DNA from: Eledone cirrhosa
Lineage: Eukaryota
Direction of reading: 5' to 3'
NCBI GenBank assembly: GCA_964016885.1
Contig: OZ024743.1
Span: forward strand, 43,090,001-43,154,000
Length of the DNA stretch: 64,000 nucleotides
The notes under the pieces are model-generated. The model searched no databases. It was not told the DNA's origin and saw only the letters and a list, made by a program, of their open reading frames with translations. This document shows, piece after piece, positions 1-12,102 of the stretch. A program made the translations under genes and the position numbers. The number at the start of each line of letters is the position of its first letter. Position 1 is the stretch's first letter.

Positions 1-789
1 ATACCAAAAGGAAAAAAACTAGAATATGTAATCTCAACATGATCCGAACAACCAGAATGGATAATTAATTTTGGCATATATTTGATTATCCGTTTGAACA
101 GACACAATGAATATACAGCGACATTAAATGTTATATAGGTCATCCCAGTCCGTAAAAATGAAACTTGAATGTTGATAAGAACAATTACTAAAGATGCAGG
201 TAGCGACGGAAAATGGCAGGAATCAGATTATGCTATATAAAATGAAAATTTGAACATGTGTGTATGGCCTGAAGAGACGATGGCGTTGATAATTCGTATG
301 AATTCTTTCACATCTCATACACATATACTGGAATGATCATATCTATAAGGGAGTTATTAAAGTTTTATAAATAGAAATGAAATTAGCCGTGAACTAATTT
401 TATGCAAGAACCATACAAAATCATACATTATTAAATCTTCATTCCAACCGTTTTACAATTAATATATTTGATAAATATATATTCATTAACATATGAGATA
501 AAATATAAACATATATTTTATCAACTAGATATTCCATAACACTCTTTATATCTACAAAAGCATTCCTAACGTAGCAATTTTTCTTTTTCCAGAAGTGAAT
601 ATAAATGTATATACGTAGTAATGAACCTATTCAGAATTACCAGGCATAGGCAAACATTTTTTAAAATCTCATATTAACTTTAAATAAATGTATGTTTTGA
701 TAGATCATGTTTAGTTAGACTTTAAATAAATGTATTCACGAGATAGCTCATGGAAACTAATATACAATGAGCTGGTTTATGAACACATG

Positions 790-1352
790 TAGAGGTTTTA
801 CTGATGAAAACATCATTATAGAGAAGGAGAGTTAAGACGAATAAGATATCAAATTCTGAATTTGCTGACGACATAATTCTGGTGACAAACACAGTGAAGG
901 ATGCAGAGGAGTTGATGCAGGGGTCGAGACTGTGTCCATGAGTGTGGGACTGAGAATGAATGAGCTTATGACGAAGTATCTGGTAGAGAACATTAAGAAG
1001 CCAGAGAAGATTATGAATGTAGGCGGGAAGCCGCTAGAATTGGTTGCGGACTTCCTCTATCTGCGAGAAAAGACTGGGAACACACAGGGTGGTGTGGTTG
1101 ACAGGTAGAGGAAAGCCTGGTTTTAGAGGAAAGCGTGCCACAGTTTGTGATCGTAAGGACGTGAAAAACCGTCTCTTCGCTGCTACAATGGAGTCTGTAC
1201 TGCTGTACGAGTCTGAGACTTGGACACTGACCAAGAAACTCACTCAGATGGTGGATGGGTACTACACGAGAATGCTGAGGATGGCTCTGAACATTAACCA
1301 GTATACAATGAGGATAAATAACTCAGATCTGTACCGTCTTCTTCTCTGGTGA
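790..1352 (+). pseudogene. Degenerate RTE-like non-LTR retrotransposon RT fragment
   Basis: FADDIIL at 861 (RT catalytic motif), then a frameshifted VGLRMN..TKYL. ORF 1044-1352 has ESVLLYESETWTLTKK..DGYYTRMLRMALNI, typical of the post-RT region of RTE-type LINEs. Confidence 0.7.
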
Positions 1353-1475
1353 CACCGTTTCGCAGCAAGGAGGGCAAATAACTTCTTCGTGACTCATAAG
1401 GAATTCTACGAAGGTGGCGAGAGCACTTTGATGATCTTTTGAATCAGCCGTCTGTCGTCAGTGAAGACTTCCTCA
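1353..1475 (+). pseudogene. Second RTE-like LINE fragment (EN-RT linker region)
   Basis: Reads RSKEGK*LLRDS*GILRRWREHFDDLLNQP; RWxEHFxxLLN is a conserved linker motif of APE-type LINEs. Two stop codons. Confidence 0.5.
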
Positions 1476-3189
1476 AGCCACATGAGCCTCGTTTACACCC
1501 TTTCTGCTCAATGGGAAATAGGTCATTTGTTATCAGGTGGTCATATGTGTATTCAGTTAGGACTGATGTTAAAATGTTATACATTGTGGTCAAGCAAGTT
1601 ATCGGTCTGTAATTTTTGGGATTGTTTGTCTCATCATTCTTCGGAAGCAGGAATGTAATGCCGTTAACTAGCCATGATGGTACCTTTTCTGGCTCCTTAA
1701 CTATTTCATTGTAAAGTTGGGCTAATAGCTCATGAGACTCTGTGAAGTCATTTATCCAAAAGTTTTGTATTTTGTCTTTTCCTGGGGATTTCCATTTGCT
1801 GGTTTTTCTTAGAGCAAAGCGCAACTGTTCAACTGTTATATTTTCCCATATTTGTTCCTCAAGGTGAGCTGTATCTTTCATTTGTCTGTCTATCCGTGGG
1901 GCATGTATGTTATGAACTTTTTCTTCGGCCCAGATCTTTTCCCAGAATTCTTGCACTTCCTCCTTGGGTGGTATTGATTTAGCAGTTATTGTTGACTTAC
2001 CAATATTTCTGTAGAAGTTTCTTTGGTTGTTTTTGAACATATTATTGTCCTTATAGAATCTAGATCGTTTTTCAAAGCGCCTTATACGAGCAGCTTTGGC
2101 CGACACTTTTTGCTTGATTATTTCTATCAGCATGTCTATGTCACATGTTGATTTTATACTGTACTTTGTTTTCCATTTTCTAAGTTTGGTTTGTTTAACA
2201 TGTTCACCTAATTTATAGTTTGTTAAAATTTCTATGTTAGATCGGTGAAGGTTTATTTGGCGATTGATGTTCTCTTGCCAAGTAGATTTCTTGTGGGAAT
2301 TCCTTCGTTTTTTCATCTTCACTCCACATAAGTGAGTGGTGACTTTAGCCGATGCATAATAGAGATGATTTAAATCAGTAATGTTTAGTTTGTTTGTGAT
2401 GATAATGTTTTTGAGAATTATGTTAGTCTTGTGTATTATCTTTTGGTTCTGTTTGGAGTTCTGGATCTTAGGGAGGTTGTCTCGTTGCCCCATGTCAGAT
2501 TCTTTCATTTTCATCCGTTCGATCATAATTTCATCCTTCAAGTTGGCAAGTTCATTCTCATTCATTTCTTTATCATTTACGATCTCATTATTTTCATTTG
2601 GAGTTTCATCCTGAGCATGCACTCCCTCCACTTTTTCGATCCTTTCTTTAATTTGTTCTGTTGCCAGTGATTCCGCCCCAACCCTGGTGTTCGAAGTGTT
2701 ACAGTTTACCTCGTTTTCACTGACACATGTTTCATTTTCCCTTCGCTGACTTTGTGCTAATAGCTTGATCTGATTAATTTCTGTATCAGTTAGTAACTTT
2801 TTTCTTACAATATTTCTTCGTATATTGGCTAGTTTGTTACTGTCAATATAGCCTCTGTTTTCGGGATGTTTCTTTTTCCAGTTGATATATGTCTGTTCTG
2901 TATTCGATGTATTTGATGGGTAGTACATGGCAGTGTAGAAAGCTTCAAGGACTTCTTTATTATCTTCCCTTGACCGTTTTTCTCTCTTTTTCTTTGGATT
3001 TCTTGGTTGTGAGCATGGAGGGCCAACAGTAGGAGCATTCCGGTTATGGGAGTTCTCCAGCTCCGAAGTGATGGGAAGGTTTGATCCATTAGCTGATTTT
3101 TCGACCCCAGTCTGGTTCCTCTCTGAGGAACGCGGCCCTTTTTTACCCGGGTGACGGCCGATCCGGTATGAGATTTTATCATTAGACAT
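1444..3189 (-). CDS. Truncated Dong-B polyprotein (N-terminal region + start of RT)
   Basis: 581-aa ORF, homologous to the family A N-terminus (IIKQKVSAKAARIRRFEKR vs ELKQRIVAKSAKIRRYENR); runs into unrelated sequence after RT motif 2. Confidence 0.8.
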   Translation of the reverse strand: MSNDKISYRIGRHPGKKGPRSSERNQTGVEKSANGSNLPITSELENSHNRNAPTVGPPCSQPRNPKKKREKRSREDNKEVLEAFYTAMYYPSNTSNTEQTYINWKKKHPENRGYIDSNKLANIRRNIVRKKLLTDTEINQIKLLAQSQRRENETCVSENEVNCNTSNTRVGAESLATEQIKERIEKVEGVHAQDETPNENNEIVNDKEMNENELANLKDEIMIERMKMKESDMGQRDNLPKIQNSKQNQKIIHKTNIILKNIIITNKLNITDLNHLYYASAKVTTHLCGVKMKKRRNSHKKSTWQENINRQINLHRSNIEILTNYKLGEHVKQTKLRKWKTKYSIKSTCDIDMLIEIIKQKVSAKAARIRRFEKRSRFYKDNNMFKNNQRNFYRNIGKSTITAKSIPPKEEVQEFWEKIWAEEKVHNIHAPRIDRQMKDTAHLEEQIWENITVEQLRFALRKTSKWKSPGKDKIQNFWINDFTESHELLAQLYNEIVKEPEKVPSWLVNGITFLLPKNDETNNPKNYRPITCLTTMYNILTSVLTEYTYDHLITNDLFPIEQKGCKRGSCGLRKSSLTTDG

Positions 3190-4270
3190 TTACTTTATTT
3201 TGTCGCGTTTTATCCTTATCCGCCAAGGGGTAATCATTTCGTGTTACCACTTCTAGAACGAGTGTCAACCAAGACTAGAGGGGTCGTTCTCCCCTAGTGA
3301 CACGGCTATTCCCCGCCGGCCGCCATCCCGGTATTTCTTGGTCACGGGGTTTTCTTTTTGTTGTTTTTTTTAAATTGTTATTAGCATGAGTGGTTCCTTA
3401 ATGTGAGCATTGCGTGGCTTAAGAATGAAATTATTAATAACTGTCTCCACTCCAGGCACAAGGCCAGCAATCACCCAGTGCATTACAATAATATAATATA
3501 CTTTTTGTTGTAGTTGGCTGTTATTGTTGTTGGCTATGTCGGTGGTGGTGCCGGGGCTTTTTATATTGTTGGTGAGGAAGGGGTGAGCCAGCAGTCCCAT
3601 AGTTGTTGATGTTGACGTTTGGCCGGTGGCCAGGTCACTAAGTCAATCTATTTATATCTTTTGCTAGCCTCTCCCTTGTCTAGTGATACCGCCACCTTCC
3701 CCTTTCTCTCTCAAGTTAACAGGGGAATAGTGGTGGTAGCAATGAAGGAGTGGTGGCGGCGGCGATGGGATAGTGGTAGCAAGATGATGGATGGGGTGGT
3801 GGCGGCGGTGGCGTTGTGGTTACTGGGTTTGGTGATATGTAGTATCTATGAGTTTGTGTTAGTATGTTTAATATATATTGTGTTGACATACTCCCGTAAA
3901 ATTGGAATTAAACATTTTGTTAAAATTTGAGACAATAATAATAGTAATTATTATTATCATGCCGGGATTGATGGTGGTGGTGGTGAAATTGCCGTTATCT
4001 GGCTGTTATATTTAGTGTGATGGGATAGGTGGTGTACCAAATTTCTGGTGTTGGTGAAATTGCTGTTATTTGGCTATTCTATATAGTGTAGACAGAGGGT
4101 GTTTTCCTCCATTTATAACCATTTTTTTTTTTTGAATACAAAATATATAATACAAAATTGAATATTTGAGAAATATAACAATATAATATGGATCCGAAAT
4201 TTTATGGGACTTCATTCGGTGGTTTATGCAACATTTGTACTAAGAATTCTTATTTCACAATTGATTTAAA
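1476..4270 (-). mobile_element. R4/Dong-clade non-LTR retrotransposon, family B, copy B1 (5' leader + N-terminal half; 3' half missing)
   Basis: ORF has WKSPGKDKIQNFW, NYRPITCL, EQKGCKRGS (RT domains 0-2). 1476-1690 overlaps copy B3 (15441-15655); 3058-4270 is near-identical to 12103-13315, which fixes the 5' end. Confidence 0.9.
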
Positions 4271-4338
4271 TATGTTAAAAATCAAAAACTTACGGGAGCG
4301 ATTTCATGACCTTCTACCACCTCGTGCGTCTTCTTCCC

Positions 4339-4436
<98 letters not shown>
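4339..4436. repeat. (TTA/TAA)n microsatellite, Dong target/tail
   Basis: Pure trinucleotide run abutting the 3' end of Dong-A1. Equivalent runs at ~13315-13371, 15731-15788, 16093-16168, 21178-21274, 22205-22245, 24972-25031, 25645-25680 and 28084-28122. Confidence 0.97.
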
Positions 4437-4437
<1 letters not shown>

Positions 4438-7400
4438 CTTTAATCTCAGTCATTGATGTTAGTTAACTGGAAAGTCCGTTGGAATGAATATCATGTCACT
4501 ACCTGCAGCCTCAGATATTCAGGACGTATCGGAGGGTTCTTGCTGTTCCTAGCAAGCATGCCTTTTGAAGCGTTCCAAAAAGCGTGAAGGGGCCGATTTT
4601 CTTTAACCATCCCTGGAAACTTTTGGAGATAGTCCCCAGTGCGCCTATGACAATCGGGATCACTTTGACTTCATGGCAGTTCCAAATCCTTTTTACCTCC
4701 CACTTTAAGTCCTGGTATCGGTTAATTTTCTCCCTCTCCTTCTCTTGCACTCTCGTGTCGAATGGGCAGGCCACATCCACAGTCACACACGATCTTGTTT
4801 CTTTGTCCACAACCACCAGGTCAGGTCTATTGTGTTCCAGTTTCTTGTCCGCTTGTATCCTAAAATCCCACAGCACCTTCACCTGATCGTTCTCCATCAC
4901 CGCCTCTGGCTTATGCTCATACCATTTCTCAGAATGTGGTAAATTGTTTACTTTGCACAGGTGCCAGTGGATCACCCTGCTCATCACATCATGTCTCCAG
5001 CCCTTATAGTGGGTCTGGGCTAGGCGTTTACACTCGGATACAATGTGAGCCACAGTCTCCTCTCTCTCTCCACAGATCCTGCACAGTGGGCTAGCCTCCT
5101 CCTTGTAAATATGGTGTTTCAACCACTTCGTATTGAGGGCCTGCTCCTGCGCAGCCATTAACATTCCCTCTGTAGCCTTTTTAAGGTCTCCTCTTCTCAA
5201 CCAGTTCCATGTCTGTGGATCTCTAAATTCAGTTTTCTCAAAGAAGGTACTATGAAGCGATTTTTCCTGAAGGCTGCTCTTTCTCCTTGATGTTATTTCC
5301 TCCTTGGACATCCCCTGGCCTATTGTCCCCGCCTTTAGTACAGTTCTGAGCATTGGCTCCTTACTATCAGTCACGTATTTTTGTAGGTTGTTTTTCTCCA
5401 TCTGAACACAGTCCTCTATGCTGATAAGACCTCTTCCACCCTCAGATCTCCTTAGGTAGAGTCTATCGACATCACTCCTCTTGTGGAACATGTTGTAGAT
5501 AGTCAATAGCTTCCTAGTCTTCCTATCCATTTCTTTTTGTTCAGCAACATTCCATCTCAGAATTCCCGCACTGTACCTAATAATAGACACAGCTCGGGAA
5601 TTTACTGCGCTTATGGCATTTCTGCTGTTCAGATGTGAACAGCAGAAATGCTCTTTACGCCCCTTACTCTCCGAATGTATTCAGTTCTTAACAATTCCTT
5701 CATTTTTTGTTCTCTATGCCATCAGCCTCCAGAACGCCCAAATACTTGTATCCTTCCTCAGAGTCAATTTCCTTTATCATCTCACCTGTTGGTATCTGGA
5801 TTCCGTTACTTCTGCTCAACCTACCCCTCCTCATCACAATGACTCCACACTTACTAATACCAAACTGCATACATATATCACTGCTGAAAATACGGACAGT
5901 GTCAACAAGCACATCCAACTCCTTCTCACTCTTCCCGAAGAGCTTAAGATCGTCCATGAAGAGGAGGTGATTGATGGTAAGCCCTCCCTTTCCCAACCCG
6001 TATCCTGCTCTCACTGTTCGCAGTACACTGGTCGGGGGCATCAGGGCAAGGGCAAACAACAGAGGGGACAGACTATCTCCCTGGAAGATACCTCTCTTGA
6101 TCTTCACGCTTCCCAAGGATTCTCCAGTTGATGTTAACTCTGTTTCCCAGGACTTCATACTCTTGCCCAACAACTGTCTGATGTTATCTGCCACCTTGAA
6201 GATCTCCAGGCTTTTGGTGATCCAAGAATGAGGCACCATGTCAAATGCCTTTCTGTAGTCTATCCATCCCATGGCAAGATCAGTGTGTCTCCTCCTGCAA
6301 TTCCCCATTACCATCTTATCAATAAGTAACTGGTCCTTTGTACCACGTGACTTCTTTCGGCATCCTTTCTGTTCGTCCGGTAACAAGTTGTTTGTGTGGA
6401 GGTGATGGTAGATTTCCTCAGACAGTTTCCACATTACGGACAGACATGTGATAGGTCTATAGTTGGTTACATCATTACCCTTGATTCGGTCTTTCATTAT
6501 CAGAACTGTGGTACCATTTGTCAACCACTCTGGTACCTCACCTGACATCAAGCAGTCATTGAACATGGTTGTCAGTTTCGGGTGGAGGGATGTTATATGT
6601 TTAATCCAATACCCCTGCACACCATCTGGGCCTGGTGATTTCCAGTTGGTTAGTTTTTTGGCCTGCCCCTTAAGAGTTTCAACTGTGATACTCAAATCAG
6701 TTTGTTGGTGTGCCTGCTCACCGATCTCACTCTGTACTGTCTCAATCCACCCTGCCTGGTCATTATGTCTAACATCCTGCTCCCATATTCCTCTCCAGAA
6801 TGTTTTAGTTTGTTCCGCCTCAGGGATCAAGTCGTTGCCTCTTTCTTTCCCCTCAAGCTGTCCAAACAGCATCTTCTGGTTGTTGTCGAACATGCGGTTC
6901 TGTTTATACTGACTGACTCTGTTCTCGTATCGCCTGATTTTTGCACTCTTTGCTACAATGCGTTGCTTCAGTTCCTCTAGGATATTATTTAGCTTTTTCC
7001 TCCTAGCTTTGTACTTTATTTTCAGTCTATTTTTAGTGCCTATGTTTTTTAGTGTCCCATTCAGTAGTGACTCAAGGTTTCCAATGTCATTTCTCATTTC
7101 CCTGATTTGACCACTCAGTCGTTTCTTCCACCAAGGCTCTGCTCTTTCTTGTCTGTTGTTTCCTCTCGCTTTTATACCAAGTAGTTTCCTCACCGTATTT
7201 GCTGTTGCTTTGAGGATATTGTTGCACTGGTGAAGGCTCCTCGCCTCAAGGTATGGGATAACTTTGTTTACCTTAGCTGTTGTTTCTGTTAACTTTTTCC
7301 TGTCTACAAATCTTAGGTTCATAGGTCTCCCACTATCATTGTTCAATTCATCTACCACTAAATTTAGGATGTCAACCGAATCTTGTCCTAGCCCGTCAGC

Positions 7401-8693
7401 ATTCAACTCCTCAGTGGCCGTATCTCTGTTCCAGGTATTATTTATCTCAGTATTCAGATCATTGTCTGCTTCGGGTGGTTCCTCCGTTCTCTCGACCTCT
7501 TCGCCTTCATTTCCCACTGGCTCGTTTGCCTGGCATACTCCACCCTCCATCTCCAAGATAATCTCTCTGCTCAGTTCCTCCAGTTCCAGCTCGCTTATCC
7601 ACCCATTAGTTCTTATTACCCGAGCCTGCCCGGCCAATTTTTGTTCATCTAATTTAAATAGACCAATCTCGTTCCAGATGTTATGCATCTGTCTCCTATA
7701 GCCCCTCTCCTTGGGGTTACATTTCAGGTAATATTGCATAACAGTTCTATTCAATTCTTTCGTCCAGTTGGTTCTGGTCCCTTTCCTTCTTCTTCTTCCT
7801 CCGACACCAGCAGTATTTGGTTGGCAGTCAGGTTCCTGCTGCTGAGCCAGTGAGCACCTGTTGGGTGAGAGTCTGTCACATGCCGTTCTAGTCTCCATTT
7901 CACCGTTATTCGAACTGTTTTGGTTCGATATTTAAACACTCTTATCGAGGATTGGCGAATGTATGGTTACATAACCATCTGTGGATTCACCGTCTCCGGT
8001 GGTTGCGTCGCTCCACTTGGCTCTTGTGTGGCATTATCACCACGCTGTAGACGAACACAAATAAACAAACAAACAAACAGGCAGAAAAAAAAACCCAAAA
8101 TGAATAAGCATAAGTTTCATTGTAATGTAGTGTTCGAATGTCTGACTTAGTTTTTCCCTTCTCTTCTCTGTCCATTCGCTTGTTTCTCTCTTCATTCTTA
8201 TTTTCTTTACGTATTATTTGTTTTTGTTTTTCTCTGTTTGTTTTTCTTTTTTTTGTTGTTGTTGCTGTGCTGTTTTGGTTTTGATTTTTGTTTTTTCTTT
8301 TGAGTCTATCTATATATTTTGATGCCTTCCTCTTTTTTAGTAGGAATTCTATAATGTGGTGGCAGTGCTGTGCCAGCAGCAACTAGCAGGAAGCAATGGG
8401 AGAGAATAGCGGCGGTAGCGATACTGAGACAGTGGTGGTGGTGATGTCGATACTGAGGCAGTGGTGGTGGTGATGTGATCGTATTACTGTAGTGGTGGTG
8501 TTGTAGCGGTGGTAGTAATGAAGGAGTGGTGGCAGCGGTGATGGGATAGTGGTAGTAATGATGGATGGGCGGCGTTGTCGTTACTGATGTCCGTTCGGTG
8601 AATCTATGGGGTTAGTCGCGTACATGTGTTGACATAAATTCCCTTAATGTTGGAATTAAACATTTTGTTAAAACTTGGGACAATAATAATAGT
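4437..8693 (-). mobile_element. R4/Dong-clade element, family A, copy A1 (near full length, disrupted)
   Basis: Short 3' UTR, coding region 4511-7898, 5' leader to ~8693; 3' end abuts (TAA)n. Confidence 0.93.
4511..7898 (-). pseudogene. Dong-A1 RT/zinc knuckle/restriction-like endonuclease ORF, frameshifted
   Basis: GIFQGDSLSP, LLFMDDLKL, YKYLGV (RT); CRICGEREETVAHIVSEC (CCHC); RHD; RPDLVVVD..DVACPFD..KINRYQDL (PD-(D/E)xK RLE). Frameshift at ~5700, foldback insertion at 5616-5651, 15-bp deletion near 6420. Confidence 0.92.
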
Positions 8694-8694
8694 A

Positions 8695-8835
8695 TCTGTT
8701 AGAACACGAAAAGTGTGAAACAACAGAATGTTCACTTTTCGTGTTCTAACATATATGCGTAACTTCATAAATTTTCCGGGGATAGCCGTGGTGGTGGTGA
8801 TCGTATGTCATTGGCTAATTTTCAACCAATCAGAG
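8695..8835. repeat. Hairpin-containing interspersed repeat with CCAAT-like boxes; related copy at ~50925-51110 in opposite orientation
   Basis: 19-bp arms tgttagaacacgaaaagtg / cacttttcgtgttctaaca at ~8697-8751; shares ctaacagata and attggttga..ttagccaat with 50925-51110. Confidence 0.5.
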
Positions 8836-8842
8836 TGAGTGT

Positions 8843-8876
<34 letters not shown>

Positions 8877-8937
8877 TATTCCCCCTCTCTCTATATATAT
8901 CTTACGCTTTCGCTTTACACTCCTCCCCTTCAATAAC

Positions 8938-9722
8938 ACATTTCCCCCTCTCTATATATCTCTTATACTGTTACACTTATATTTCCATTTATTTATTACC
9001 CCCCTCTCTATATCTCTTCCACTGTTACTTACGCCTGTTTCTCTCTATCTGTTCCGTCTCTATATATATCTCTCTTACTCTTTCGCTTTGCACTCCTCCC
9101 CTTCAATACCATCTCTCCCCCTCTCTATATATTTGTTACTCTATCGCTGCACGCTCCTCTCCTTCAATATATCAATTACACACTTACGCTTTACACTCTT
9201 TTATCCCCAGCGCCCCTATATATACACCCCCCCGCATCTATATTTAAATGTTCCGTTGCACCGTGAATATATGTGTCTATATATATATACATGTATATTG
9301 TATATACACATTCATGTATGTGTATACACACTCATGTATGTATATACACTGGTTTTATGTGTGTATTGTAAATTTGTACTGTTAAAACACGAAACTAACA
9401 TTCGATTGACACTTTGATTACCTGTACAGGCAATAGTTATTAGAATGCTGTTGAAGTGTGTATATATTTTTGGTGAATCCGCGATAGTTGAACCGCCAAG
9501 TAGCGAGGTATCACTGTATATATGTTTAAATATATAGTGTAGCTGTGAAAACTGACTTTAAACATGTTTCGGTTTACGAGCGCCGCGCCGGAACGAATTA
9601 AACTCGTAAACCGAGGTGCCACAGTACATATATATATATATATATATATAAAATAAAAGAATTTATTCAGTTTTGGGACAATATAATTTTGACTGATAAA
9701 AATGTGAAATTCTTAGCTAGCA

Positions 9723-9778
<56 letters not shown>

Positions 9779-10375
9779 TGAAACTTCTAGGTATGTCACG
9801 ATGTATCTAACATTACGTTGACACTTTCCCCCTCTCTATATATATCTTATACTGTTACACTTATATTTCCATTTATTTATTCCCCCCTCTTTCTATATCT
9901 CTTCCACTGTTACTTACGCCTGTTTCTCTCTATCTGTTCCGTCTCTATATATATCTCTCTTACTCTTTCGCTTTGCACTCCTCCCCTTCAATACCATCTC
10001 TCCCCCTCTCTATATATTTGTTACTCTATCTCTGCACGCTCCTCTCCTTCAATATATCAATTACACACTTACGCTTTACACTCCTTTATCCCCAGCGCCC
10101 CTATATATACACCCCCCCCCCCGCATCTATATTTTAATGTTCCGTTGCACCGTGAATATATGTGTCTATATATATATACATATATATTGTATATACACAT
10201 TCATGTATGTGTATACACACTCATGTATGTGTATACACTGGTTTTATGTGTGTATTGTAAATTTGTACTGTTAAAACACGAAACTAACATTCGATTGACA
10301 CTTTGATTACCTGTACAGGCAATAGTTATTAGAATGCTGTTGAAGTGTGTATATATTTTGGGGGGACATCCTGTA
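8938..10375. repeat. ~535-bp CT-rich segment duplicated in direct orientation (8938-9472 and 9821-10360); second copy ends in a Tc1/mariner-like terminus
   Basis: Near-identical text in both copies. The minus strand at ~10345-10376 reads ta-caggatgtccccccaaaa, resembling a Tc1/mariner TIR. Confidence 0.75.
9476..9626 (-). mobile_element. Two Tigger/pogo-like DNA transposon termini
   Basis: Minus strand reads ta-cagtgatacctcgcta..cgcgg (~9478-9520) and ta-ctgtggcacctcggtttacgag (~9567-9625), resembling CAGTNNNNCCTCG pogo/Tigger TIRs. Confidence 0.5.
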
Positions 10376-10736
10376 TATACACACATTATATATAATACAA
10401 TAAACAGATAAATACACACATATATATATGAGCTTATTTAATTATAAATATTGTGAATTTTTAACTCAGTTCAATTATATATATAAATGGCTTCTACAGG
10501 ACTAGAACTGTTTCATTCGAAAGAAATCATCATAATATTGAGAGGAGGGACTAGATAAAATATTTCAAATCAAATGTGTATAAGTTATAAGTTAAAATGT
10601 ATAAATAGAGACGATAGTGGAGGTATATCTGTTTAGTGGAACAGTAGACGATAGAATTAAATACAGACGAGAATCTCCCTTTAATGAAACAGCAGACGAT
10701 AGAATTAAGGCAATTTAAATTTTAAGCATTTGCATT

Positions 10737-10788
10737 TTTGCCTTTCATCGTTACGGGGTCGATAAAATAAAGTACCAGTAATACACTG
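10737..10788 (+). mobile_element. SINE central-domain fragment
   Basis: tgcctttcatcgttacggggtcgataaaataaagtaccagt matches the fuller SINE copies. Confidence 0.8.
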
Positions 10789-11183
10789 TCACTATAAGTA
10801 GACGACTTTCAAATTGAATTGTTGGTTCCATTTCTTTAGTATTTTCAATTGTAGTTATCTACTTAAAAAGCGTTACACGGTTAGAGACATAATTGGTAAG
10901 TTACATGGCATGAAATATAACTAATCCGAGATGGCTAGGTTTCATCTTCTAACTGGATATACGAAATCCATTATGTCTTGACAACAACATGAGGTAACAT
11001 TATGTTATTCACAGACACACTTTGTACACTGTTCCATATCAGAATGTATTTCCTTCGTCACGTTCACAAACAGTATTGAAAATATGTTCTTCGGCAAATA
11101 AAAATGTTTTGTTCATAATATTTCAACTAGCGATTGCTCTACTCCACGCACGACCGCCATAAATTAATGACCAGCTCAACACA

Positions 11184-11356
11184 AGTATTGGTAGAGCGTC
11201 AGACACCATGCTTTGCAGTATTGTTATGGTCCTTTGCATTCTAAGTTCAAATCCTGCCGAGGTTAACTTCGACTTTCATACTTACTAATTCGATAAAATA
11301 AAGTACCAGTAATGGACTGCCGTAATGGATTTGTGCCGAAAAATAGAAACACTATT
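11184..11356 (+). mobile_element. tRNA-derived SINE (diverged)
   Basis: ggtagagcg..gttcaaatcc B-box, central domain and 3' tail as in other copies. Confidence 0.8.
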
Positions 11357-11689
11357 AATGTGCAATAAGAGCAAAATATAACGACATTGCTCAATTATTT
11401 TATCTAATGTTGTAATAACACAAGGAAATGTTGTTTGTGTATTTTTTTTTATATTTGCTCATAGGCTTTTACAATTTCGCTCAGCCAACAACTATTAAAA
11501 AGTAGGTTGCTTAAGATAACAATTTAATCACAAATTGTTGCTATCTTTTAATACACTCCAACAAGTCATCAAATGATGTACAATAAAAACAAATCTTATT
11601 AATTTGCTCAGGGATTATAAAGAAAATGTATATACACTGATAATTGCAATTATATGTAAATATTTTGTTTTTGTATTGTTTATTTTATG

Positions 11690-12047
11690 TTTTCTATTAT
11701 GTATATTATATTGATTTAATATTGATTGTTTTTTGTAGTTGTTTATATTAAAAGTCTGAAAATATTTTTATACATCTTACACTAATATTTATAAGATAAT
11801 TTATAATAACAATTACATAATCTAATTACATTACAACGATAATATTATTATTAATATATATCCTGTTTAACTAGAGTTATTACAAGCGTTGCCTTAAAAA
11901 AATATTAAACTAGACATGAAAAATGCGCAAGCTCAAAAGTGCCACAGAATGTTATAATAAACCTTTAAAAGTGTGGGACTAGAGTTGTTGCTAAAAAATA
12001 TTGTAATCATTATATATCGTACATTCTGTGGCATCCTTTATAAAAAT
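11690..12047. repeat. Interspersed repeat also present as a foldback at 49962-50600
   Basis: gaaaaatgcgcaagctcaaaag..gtgtgggactaga..ctgtggcatcc is shared with 49963-50090 (+) and 50260-50600 (-). Confidence 0.8.
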
Positions 12048-12102
12048 AGCTTAAACCAACGAAGCCTTTATTTTTACGCTATTTCACTTAGTTAATTCTT
12101 AA

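Noticed and set aside
260-300. ctgaaga-gacg-atgg-cgtt-gata motif; similar decayed motifs at ~34210-34255, 37161, 49255-49300, 60520 and 63610
   Set aside because: GAAA or stems I/III are missing; at most decayed PLE relics.
3205-3352. HDV-like ribozyme in the Dong-B leader (GGCCGGC, cactcgt)
   Set aside because: Could not build P1/P1.1/P2 with a C-(G)AA J4/2; kept only as an unclassified structure.
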